Assembly (NCBI GenBank): GCA_963705085.1 | Contig: CAVPIV010000004.1 | Location: forward strand, 181,028-245,027 | DNA from: an uncultured Thermoleophilia bacterium | GTDB taxonomy: Bacteria; Actinomycetota; Thermoleophilia; UBA2241 | DNA length: 64,000 nucleotides | Direction of reading: 5' to 3' | In this document: piece after piece, positions 35,570 through 44,277 of the stretch | How positions within the stretch are numbered: the first letter of the stretch is position 1 | How the letters are laid out: each line of letters starts with the position of its first letter | Notes under the pieces: generated by a model | The model's input: only the letters and a program-made list of their open reading frames with translations | Database searches by the model: none | What the model was told of the DNA's origin: nothing | Program-made: the position numbers and the translations under genes

Positions 35570-38242
35570 CTACAGCAAGCCCAGTTCCCTGGCACGGGCG
35601 ACGGCCTCGGTGCGCCGCTGCACGTTCAGCTTCTCGAAGATGCGGCGGTTGTGGCCCTTGACGGTGTCCAGGGCCAGGAAGAGCTGTCTGCCGATCTCCT
35701 GATTCGAAAGGCCCTGGGCGATCAGCCGCAGGACTTCGAGCTCGCGCGGGCTGAGCGGTTCGGCCGGCGAGGAGGGACGGGGAGCGGGGGATGCCGGAGC
35801 GGAGGATCCCGGTCTTTCGCCGCGCGCATCCAGCTCAAGGCGGCCATGAGCCTGCCTACGTAGTCCGGTCTGATGCCCTGCGCGGCCGCCGCGGACAGGA
35901 GGTCCGCCATCGGCGCTCCCTCGTCTACGAAGAGACGGACGAAGCCGCCCGGCTCGGCCAGCGCCAGCGCTTCGCCCAACGAGCGTGCCGCTGCGTCCTC
36001 TTCAGCCCCGCCCTCTTCCCCGAGCGCGTGCTGGGCGACGGCCTGCAGGATCAGCGTCCTCAGCCGCTCGTCCGCCCAGCCCTGGGCCTCCAGGCGCTGG
36101 CCCAAGGGTCCCAGCACCGCCAGCGCCGCGCCCGGGTCGCCCTGGGCGATAAGCACGCGAGCCTGGCTGAGCGGGAGGTCGTACTGCCCGGCCAGTCGGG
36201 CGGCAGCGGTCACCTGGCCCTGCCGTAGCAGCGTCAGAACCTGGGCGGCGGCGATCTCCGGCAGGCGCAGCACAAAGGCGTTGTCGTGCGCGGATCGTTG
36301 CGCCTCCGCCAGCATCGCCGCCGCGCTCTCCACATCGCCTCGGGCCAGCGTCACCCGTGCCAGGAAGATGTCGCTGGCGATGGACCGGTCGATCCCGCGA
36401 TCGTAGAGGCCCGCCAGGCGCCGGCTCTGCTGCGCGTGCTGTTCGGCGCCGTCGAGGTCGTCCCACTCGTAGCAGATCCGCGCCAGGCTGAGGTGCACTT
36501 CCTCGACGTTCGGCAGCGGGTGCTCGCCGGCGAGCTCCAGCACTCGTCGGTAGCTCTCGGCCGCCTGGTGGAGCTGGTTGTCCAACTCCTGCAGGTTGCC
36601 CTGGACCTCACGCCGCCAGCATCCTCGAGAACACGTGCCCGGATCTCTCGGCGAGCTCGACGCATTCCCGGCAGATGAGAGCGGCGGCGGCACGATCGCC
36701 CCTGAGAACGTGCGCCATGGTCGCCGCCCAAGCGGCGGTGAAACGGAACGGCAGATTCTCGGGGCGCAGGTACTCCTGCGCACGACGTGCCTGCGCGGCC
36801 ATCGTCTCGACGTCGTAGCGGGTGAGCGCCAGCGTGGCCCGGGCGCAGGCTATCTGTCCGATCAGGTCGCGGGTCGCCTCGTCGAGCTCGACGCCCTGCA
36901 GCGCGCGCTCGGCCCCTTGCAGCTTCTCTTCGACGCCCGTCGTTTGCGCGGCCATCAGGGTCAGTGTGGCGGAGCGCACCAGCAGCCGGGGCCGTGCCTC
37001 GAGCACCGTTCGTGGAAGGGAGGCCAGCCAGTCGCGGATGGGCGTCAACACCCTGCGGAGATGCAGGTCCATGCCGTCGCTGTCGATGAGACGCTCGGCG
37101 CGCTCGACGTCGTTGGCGAGCGTCGCGTGCCGAAAAGCCTCGAGGAGCTGGCCATCGGTTTCGTACCATTCACTGGCCCGGAGGTGCAGGTCGGCGATCT
37201 CCTCTGCCGAGCGACTCTGCCCCAGCCGTTGTCGCAGCAGGTCGTCGAACAGATGGTGGTAGCGGTACCAGCGCCGTTCGTCGTCGAGGGGGACGATGAA
37301 CAGGTTGGCGCGCTCGATGGCCTGCAGGGTTCCATCGCCGGAGCCGGCAGGGGCGCGCAGGAGCGCGTCACACAGCGGGCCGCACAGGCGGTCGAGGATG
37401 GACGTGTGCAGCAAGAACGCCTGGACCTCGTCGGGCTGTCGCTGCAGGACCTCCTCGAGCAGGTAGTCCAGCACGAAGCGGTGGCTCCCGGTGAAGGAGC
37501 GGATGAAGTCGGCGGCATCCGGGAGTCCCTGGAGAGAGATGGCCGCCATCTGCAGACCGGCGATCCAGCCTTCGGTGCGGGCTTCCAGCGCCTCGATGGC
37601 GTCTGCCGAGAGGTCGAGGCCCGTCGCCCGTTTGAGGAACTCGGTGGCCTCGGCGGGTGTGAATCGCAGGTCGACGGCGCGCAGCTCGGTCAATTGACCT
37701 CGGGCGCGCAGCCGGGCCAGGGGCAGACGTGGATCCTCCCGGGTGGCGATGACCAGGTGCGTCCGCGGCGGCAGGTGATCGAGCAGAAACGTGAGGGCCT
37801 CGTCATCCGGCCTGGAGTCGAGCACGTGGTAGTCGTCCAGGACGAGAACGACCTCGTCGGAGACGGCGCTGAGCTCATTGACGATGGTCGTCAGGATCGA
37901 CTCGAGTGGCGGAGGCTGTGGTGATTGGAGGGCAACCAGCACCCCGCTGCCGATACCCGGCGCGACCGTCCGCAGCGCGGCGACGAGGTAGGCCAGGAAG
38001 CTCGAGGGGTCGTCGTCCCTCTCGTCCAGCGACAGCCAGGCGACCGGTCGCCCACATCCGGCGGCCCATTCGGCGACCAGCGTGGTCTTGCCGAAGCCCG
38101 CGGGGGCGGAGACGAGGGTCAGCGGACCGCGTGTGCCCTCGGTGAGCCGCGCCATCAGGCGGGGTCGGGCGACGATGTCGGGCCGGGACGGAGGGACGTA
38201 CAGCTTCGTCAAGAGAAGTGGGGCAGGCGCTCTGCTGGTCAC
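35570..38242 (-). pseudogene. Second MalT-like STAND/LuxR regulator, frameshifts near 36612 and 35790-35830
   Basis: LLTKLYVP, SAPAGFGKTT, LVLDDYH and WYRYHHLF; the TPR part and LuxR HTH (PLSPRELEVLRLIAQGLSNQEI) lie in different frames. Confidence 0.85.
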
Positions 38243-38458
38243 AGCCGCTCCGGGAGCCGCGTCACGGCACACACTCGCGACCAGTCTATCCCTTCTCGCC
38301 GTGATGCAGGGCCGCCGGGCAGCTCCGGGCGTCCGGCACCCTCGGCCACGTGTCAGCATCGGCAACGCCTGTACCTTCGGATGGCCGCAGCCACGGCCGA
38401 TACAGCCATCGCGGGTGGCGATCGTTCCGCCGCGCGGTGATCCGAGACTGGAGGGGCC

Positions 38459-40654
38459 ATGAGGAGCTGTGCCGGCACACATCCATCTGTTCGTCTTTTC
38501 CTATGGTCTGCCGGCCTCCTGCTCGCACTCCTGCTCGCTTCCGCGCTCGCCGCGCCGACGGCGCGGGCGGCGAGCATGCAGCCAGTCGCAGCGCCGCTGA
38601 GCGCCGAGTTCGTCGAGTACCAGAAGCAGCGGGGACTCGAGCGCGTCATGGGTCTCGAGCGCGCGCCTTGGGCCCGTCCCGGCGTCACGCCGGCGCCGAT
38701 GGACCCGCCATCCTCGACCGGCGGGATATCCGCCAGAGTTCGCGTGGCCTTCCCGAGCTCTTTCGACCTGCGCACCGGCGGCAGGGTGTCGCCCGTCAAG
38801 AACCAGAACCCGTACGGGACCTGCTGGACCTTTGCGACCTTCGCGTCCGCGGAGTCCTGTCTTCTGCCGGGAGAGCTGCGCGACTTCTCCGAGGACAACC
38901 TGGCCCTCAACGCCGGCTTCGACACGGGCGGCGATCCCTATGATCACGGCGGTAACTACTCCATGTCGACGGCGTACCTCATCCGTTGGGGCGGACCGGT
39001 CGACGAGACGCAGGACGCCTACGGCGACTCGTCTACGCCTTCCGGCTTGTCCGCCGGCAAGCACGCGCAGGAGGTGCTCTACGTGCCCGGCGGCGGCGCC
39101 TCCGATACCGCCGCCATCAAGGACGCCCTGATGACGTACGGCGCCGTCGCCACCTCGATCCGCTGGGAGAGCTCCTCGTACAAGAGCTCGACGGCGGGCT
39201 TCTACTACAGTGGCAGTGGTTCCACCAATCACGCCGTGACCATAGTGGGCTGGGACGACGCCTATCCCGCGGCGAGCTTCGCGACGTCTCCGGCCGGCGA
39301 CGGCGCCTGGCTGGTCAAGAACAGCTGGGGTCCGGGCTGGGGACAGGGTGGCTACTTCTGGGTCTCCTACCACGACCGCCACTGCGCCACGGACAACGTG
39401 TTCAACGCTGTCTACTGCGGTCTGGCTCCTGCATCCAACTACGGCACCGTCTACTACCATGATCCGCTGGGCGAGGTGGGCACGGTAGGCTACAACAGCA
39501 CCACCGCCTGGGCCGCCAACGTCTTCACCGCCGTCGATGCCGAGCCGATCACCGCGGTGGGCTTCTTCACGCCCGTCGCGGGCACGACCTACACTGTCTA
39601 TGCCGGCGGCTCACTCGCCGCCCTTCAGGCAAAGGGCTCGGGGTCCTTCTCGACTCCGGGCTACCACACCGTTCAGCTTTCGTCGCCGCTCGCCGTGAGC
39701 GCCGCGTCGTCGTTCGTCGCCGCCGTACGCCTCACCACCCCTGGCCTCAACTACCCTGTGGCCTACGAAGCGGTGGTGGGGGGCTACAGCTCGTCGGCCA
39801 CATCGGCGCCGGGGCAGAGCTTCATCAGCCGGGACGGCTCCTCCTGGTCGGACATCACTGGGTGGAACGCCACGGCCAACGTCTGCCTCAAGGCCTACAG
39901 TGCGGTTGCGGGCACCGTCCCGACACCGACGCCCACGCCCACACCGACCCCCACCCCGACGCCGACGCCCACCCCGACGCCGACGCCCACCCCGACGCCC
40001 ACCCCGACGCCGACGCCCACCCCGACGCCGACGCCGACGCCCACGCCCACCCCGACGCCCACGCCGACCCCGACGCCGACGCCGGGTGACGACCTGGAGG
40101 CGCCCGAGACCGAGGCGCACGGTTGGGACGACGGCTGGCACCGGCAGCCGGTTCGGGTGACGTTCGTGGCGGTCGACCAAGGGGAGCCGGCCAGCGGCGT
40201 CGCCTACACCGAGTACGCCGTCGGCGACGGCGACTGGGTGCGGGGCGCCGAGGTCGTGATCTCCCGCAGTGGCGAGTCCACGGTGTGGTATCGGTCTGTT
40301 GACAGGGCCGGCAACGTCGAGGGAGCGCGGAGCTGCGAGGTCAAGGTCGACGCGGTCGGGCCGAAGTGCACGGCGAAGTCGGTGACGGTGAGCCGCGGCG
40401 GCGTCGCCAGGGTCAGGTTCTCGGTCGCCGACAGCGTCAGTCCGTCGGTGCGCTTCACGGCCAAGATCAAGACGGGCTCGGGTGCGGTCAAGAAGAGCAT
40501 CTCCTCCGACGGCTGGCAGGACGCGGGCTTCTGGTGGCAGTGGACGTTCCGTTGCACGCTGCCGAAGGGCAAGTACCAGATCCGTATCTACGCCACCGAT
40601 CTGGCGGGCAACGCCCAGAGCGCGCTCGGGACTGGGACGCTGACGGTGAAGTAG
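38459..40654 (+). CDS. Secreted papain-family (C1A) cysteine protease with lectin-like domain, PT linker and two Ig-like C-terminal domains
   Basis: Signal peptide; KNQNPYGTCWTF (catalytic C), NHAVTIVGWDD (H) and VKNSWG (N). Confidence 0.92.
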   Translation: MRSCAGTHPSVRLFLWSAGLLLALLLASALAAPTARAASMQPVAAPLSAEFVEYQKQRGLERVMGLERAPWARPGVTPAPMDPPSSTGGISARVRVAFPSSFDLRTGGRVSPVKNQNPYGTCWTFATFASAESCLLPGELRDFSEDNLALNAGFDTGGDPYDHGGNYSMSTAYLIRWGGPVDETQDAYGDSSTPSGLSAGKHAQEVLYVPGGGASDTAAIKDALMTYGAVATSIRWESSSYKSSTAGFYYSGSGSTNHAVTIVGWDDAYPAASFATSPAGDGAWLVKNSWGPGWGQGGYFWVSYHDRHCATDNVFNAVYCGLAPASNYGTVYYHDPLGEVGTVGYNSTTAWAANVFTAVDAEPITAVGFFTPVAGTTYTVYAGGSLAALQAKGSGSFSTPGYHTVQLSSPLAVSAASSFVAAVRLTTPGLNYPVAYEAVVGGYSSSATSAPGQSFISRDGSSWSDITGWNATANVCLKAYSAVAGTVPTPTPTPTPTPTPTPTPTPTPTPTPTPTPTPTPTPTPTPTPTPTPTPTPTPTPTPGDDLEAPETEAHGWDDGWHRQPVRVTFVAVDQGEPASGVAYTEYAVGDGDWVRGAEVVISRSGESTVWYRSVDRAGNVEGARSCEVKVDAVGPKCTAKSVTVSRGGVARVRFSVADSVSPSVRFTAKIKTGSGAVKKSISSDGWQDAGFWWQWTFRCTLPKGKYQIRIYATDLAGNAQSALGTGTLTVK
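39920..40084 (+). repeat. (Pro-Thr)27 linker microsatellite
   Basis: 55 codons of CCG/CCC-ACG/ACC/ACA. Confidence 0.95.
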
Positions 40655-40660
40655 AAGGCT

Positions 40661-40712
40661 CGGGGGCCGGTGTGAGCGGGCGACGAACGTCGCAGGCTCA
40701 CACCGGCCCCCG
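40661..40712 (+). terminator. Long hairpin after protease gene
   Basis: 17-bp arms CGGGGGCCGGTGTGAGC / GCTCACACCGGCCCCCG with nested GCGACG-AA-CGTCGC. Confidence 0.65.
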
Positions 40713-40789
40713 CTTGTCTCCCGGATCGGCGCCTGGCCTGCGGCGCGGTGGGGAGTGGGGTAAGCTCCCGCCGAGTGAAGGGAGCCGCC

Positions 40790-42142
40790 GTGCCGTCAGT
40801 GAGCCGCAGCGTCGACGCCCTCGTCGCCGAGATCGGATCGACGATCACCGTCGTTTCGGCGTTCGAGGGGCTGGCCGAGTATCCCGCGGCGCCGCCGCGG
40901 CTGCTCGGCCAGGGCGTCGCCGTGACGTCGGTCGCCGACGGCGACGTGACGATCGGGCTGGCGGCCGCCCGGGCGCAGCTCGAGGCGGCCGTCGGACGTC
41001 TCGTTCCCGCGCTCACGCTGGCGACCAGCTCGGCCGCCGGCGGGTTGCGCATGACCGTCCATGGCCTCACCCAGCGAATGACGGCGATGGCGGCGCGGGA
41101 GGCGGCGCTCGGCGCCGGCGCGGTCGTGAAGTACGTGACCGCCGGCAAGTTGCGCGGCGCCGACCTGCAACGGATAGACGAGGTGCGGCCGAGCCTCATC
41201 CTGCTCGCCGGCGGTGTCGAGGGCGGCGACTCCGACACGGTCTTGTACAACGCCGGCCGTCTGGCGGAGCTGGCGACCCGGCCGATCGTCGTCTACGGCG
41301 GCAACTCCCTGGTCGCGGCCGAGGCGCGCGCGCGTCTCGAGGCGGCCGGCTTTCGGGTACGGGTCACGAGCAATGTGTACCCCGGTGTCGACGAGCTCGA
41401 CGTCGTCCCGGCGCGGGCCGTCATCCACGACGCCTTCGAGGAGCACATCACGCACGCTCCCGGCATGGAGCGGATTCGCGAGTCCGTGGGCGGGAGCATC
41501 CTGCCGACGCCCGGGGCCGTGCTGCTTGCCGCCGAGCGTCTCGCCCAAGACTTGGGCGATCTCGTCGTCGTCGACGTCGGCGGCGCCACGACCGACGTCC
41601 ACTCGGTGACCGACGGCAGCCCGGATTACGCCGCCCTGCAGATCGAGCCGCAGCCACACGCCAGACGCAGCGTCGAGGGCGACCTCGGTACCTATGTGAG
41701 CGCCGAGCATGTCGCCGCCATGCTGGACGCCGGCCGCCGGCCGAAGGTGTTGCCGCCGGCTCTGCCGGTGACCGACGAGGAGATCGCGGCGGCGCTCGCG
41801 CTGGCACGTCACGCCGCCGTCACTGCCATGCAGCGTCACGCCGGCCGGCTCGTCTCGTTCTATACACCCACCGGCCGGACGACGGTCGTCCGGGGCCGCG
41901 ACCTCACCGCCTGCCGGCTGGTGATCGGCACCGGGGGCGCGCTCACGCGACTCCCCGGCGGCGAGGGGATCCTCGCCGCCATGCTCGGAGGAGGCGGCGG
42001 CGAGCTGCTCCTGCCGCCGAAGGACGCGCGCTGCCTGCTCGATCGCGACTACGTCTTCGCCTGCTGCGGCGCGCTGCTCGGGCACGTCCCGGACGGCGCG
42101 GTGGTCGCGCTCTTGCGCGCCAGTCTGGGTCTCTGCTACTGA
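40790..42142 (+). CDS. GlmL/MutL-like reactivating factor of B12 ornithine aminomutase (OraF-like)
   Basis: LVAEIGSTITVV, TSSAAGGLRMTVHGL, LLAGGVEGG, ILPTPGAV, VVVDVGGATTDVHSV and RSVEGDLG (ASKHA fold, GlmL signature). Confidence 0.85.
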   Translation: MPSVSRSVDALVAEIGSTITVVSAFEGLAEYPAAPPRLLGQGVAVTSVADGDVTIGLAAARAQLEAAVGRLVPALTLATSSAAGGLRMTVHGLTQRMTAMAAREAALGAGAVVKYVTAGKLRGADLQRIDEVRPSLILLAGGVEGGDSDTVLYNAGRLAELATRPIVVYGGNSLVAAEARARLEAAGFRVRVTSNVYPGVDELDVVPARAVIHDAFEEHITHAPGMERIRESVGGSILPTPGAVLLAAERLAQDLGDLVVVDVGGATTDVHSVTDGSPDYAALQIEPQPHARRSVEGDLGTYVSAEHVAAMLDAGRRPKVLPPALPVTDEEIAAALALARHAAVTAMQRHAGRLVSFYTPTGRTTVVRGRDLTACRLVIGTGGALTRLPGGEGILAAMLGGGGGELLLPPKDARCLLDRDYVFACCGALLGHVPDGAVVALLRASLGLCY

Positions 42143-42175
42143 ACGTCCACCTTCGGCCCCCGTCAGTTCTCGACT

Positions 42176-44254
42176 ATGCTTGATCCAGTGGGCTCCTGCG
42201 GGGACAAGCGTGCCGTCACGCGCGGTGTCGCGCGAGGGCTCGTTGTCGCCCTCGCGACGGCCGCGCTCTGCGTGATCCCGAGCGTGGCCGCTGCCGTTCC
42301 GCCCAGCCCGGCCCTGCTCGAGCGCGCGGCGCGCGATGAGGCCCTCGCCGCGCGCGTCGCGGCCTATGAAGAGCACGCGCGGTCGCGTGGCATCGACGCG
42401 CCGGCGCGGCCGGCCACCGTGGCCGCGCGCGACGCCCGCGGGGTGCTGCGTCTTCGCACCAAGAAGGTGGCGCCGGCCGCCGGCGAGCTCAAGACGCTGG
42501 CGCTGCTCGTCGACTTCTCCGATCGCGCACACATCGTCTCGGCACCATGGTTCGACGGCCTCCTGTTCGCCGACGTTCTCGGCCCGTCGAGTTTGCGCGG
42601 CTACTTTCGGGAGGTGTCGTACGGCAGTGCGACGGGCCCCGGCCTGCTGGACGTGGTGACCGACGATCCACCGTCGTCGGTCGGCGGCTGGCTACGCCTG
42701 CCGGGCACGCTGGCCTCGTATGTCGCGGGCGGCGACAACGGCACAGGCTCGTACCCCGGCAACGCCCAGAAGATGGTTGAGGACGCCGTGGCGGCGGCCG
42801 ATCCGTGGGTCGACTTCAGCGCCTACGACAACAACGGCGACGGCTTCGTCGAGAACCTCATCGTCGTCCACGCCGGCCGCGGCGCGGAGTACACGGGCAG
42901 TGCCGCCGACCTGTGGTCGCATCAGTGGGAGACGTCGCAACCCGTTGCTGTCGACGGCGTGTTCGTCTCGGACTACTCCACGGAGCCCGAGTACTGGCGG
43001 ACCGCGGGCGACATGACGATCGGGGTATTCGCGCACGAGATCGGTCACGTCCTCGGGCTGCCCGATCTGTACGATCGCGACTTCTCCAGTGCCGGGGTCG
43101 GCGCGTGGAGCCTGATGGGCGCCGGCAGCTGGAACGGCGATAACGGCGACTCGCCGGCGCGCCTGGACGCCTGGTGCTCGTCGCGGCTCGGCTGGCTGCA
43201 ACCGCAGACGGTCAGCGGGACGCCGACCGCACGCGGTCTGGCGCCGGTTGGCGACTCGCGCACGGCGAGCGCGATCAAGCTCTACCCCTCCGGTGCGACC
43301 GGCGGCCTGGAGTACTTCCTCGTGGAGAATCGGCAGAAGACCGGGACGGACGCCGGCCTGCCCGGTGGCGGCCTGCTTGTCTGGCACGTCGATGAAACGC
43401 GGATCGGCGTCGACCACCGCAACGATGACGAGACGCACAAGCTGGTCGACCTGGAGGAGGCGGGCGGGGCACAGGATCTCGACTTCCCGTTCAGCGTGGG
43501 TTCGGCCGACGATCCCTTCCCGGGATCGACCGGGGCGCGGGCGTTCCTGGACACGACGCGCCCGGACGCTCGCACGTACGCCGGACGGGCGTCGGGCGTC
43601 GTGGTCGACGAGATCGGCGCCGACGGCGCCGTCATGACGGCGCGCTTTGGCGCCGTGGAGCCGGCCGACGGCACCGCGCCGACCGTGCGGGTCGTCGGAG
43701 CGAGGAGCGGCGGGCACTACCGCCGCGACACGACCCTCACGGTCGTGGCCGTGGACCAGCCGGGAGGATCCGGCGTCGGCCTGGTGACCTACGGCCTCGA
43801 CGGCGGCCCGCTCCAGGCCGTCGAGGGGGGCAGGGCCGACATCGTGATTCCGGCGGTGCCGAACGCGTTTCACGTACTGGTCTTCTCGGCCGTCGATCGC
43901 GTGGGGAACAGTGCGCCCGTGCGGCGCTTCACGCTCACGACCGACACGAAGGGGCCGGTCGGGGCCGGCCGCTCCGTGAGCGGCAGGCGGGGCCGGCCGA
44001 TTGCCATTCCGTACAGGCTGAGCGACACGCTGAGCGCCAGGGTCTGGGACGTGCGCGTCGTCGTCACGCGGCCGTCGGGGGCGATCGCGCGGACGTTCAA
44101 GCTGGGTCCCACCGCGTCCCGCCGGAGTGGCACGTTCTACTCCTTCACCTGGCGTCCAACCGCCAGCGGCGCCTACGTCTACCGGGTTTACGGACGGGAC
44201 ACGGCCGGCAATCCGCAGAGCGTCAAGGGCCGTGGCCTCGTCACCGTACGCTGA
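42176..44254 (+). CDS. Secreted M6 (immune inhibitor A-like) metalloprotease with Ig-like C-terminal domains
   Basis: LLVDFSD, IVVHAGRGAE, GVFAHEIGHVLGLPDLYD (HExxH), WSLMGAGSW and YFLVENR. Confidence 0.9.
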   Translation: MLDPVGSCGDKRAVTRGVARGLVVALATAALCVIPSVAAAVPPSPALLERAARDEALAARVAAYEEHARSRGIDAPARPATVAARDARGVLRLRTKKVAPAAGELKTLALLVDFSDRAHIVSAPWFDGLLFADVLGPSSLRGYFREVSYGSATGPGLLDVVTDDPPSSVGGWLRLPGTLASYVAGGDNGTGSYPGNAQKMVEDAVAAADPWVDFSAYDNNGDGFVENLIVVHAGRGAEYTGSAADLWSHQWETSQPVAVDGVFVSDYSTEPEYWRTAGDMTIGVFAHEIGHVLGLPDLYDRDFSSAGVGAWSLMGAGSWNGDNGDSPARLDAWCSSRLGWLQPQTVSGTPTARGLAPVGDSRTASAIKLYPSGATGGLEYFLVENRQKTGTDAGLPGGGLLVWHVDETRIGVDHRNDDETHKLVDLEEAGGAQDLDFPFSVGSADDPFPGSTGARAFLDTTRPDARTYAGRASGVVVDEIGADGAVMTARFGAVEPADGTAPTVRVVGARSGGHYRRDTTLTVVAVDQPGGSGVGLVTYGLDGGPLQAVEGGRADIVIPAVPNAFHVLVFSAVDRVGNSAPVRRFTLTTDTKGPVGAGRSVSGRRGRPIAIPYRLSDTLSARVWDVRVVVTRPSGAIARTFKLGPTASRRSGTFYSFTWRPTASGAYVYRVYGRDTAGNPQSVKGRGLVTVR

Positions 44255-44277
44255 GCGCCGCCGGCGGGCGGGCGATC

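Noticed and set aside
39920-40084. Short-period repeat as a possible CRISPR or VNTR element
   Set aside because: In-frame Pro-Thr codons with no unique spacers; no cas genes. The 414-bp repeats in the surface protein are also protein domains.
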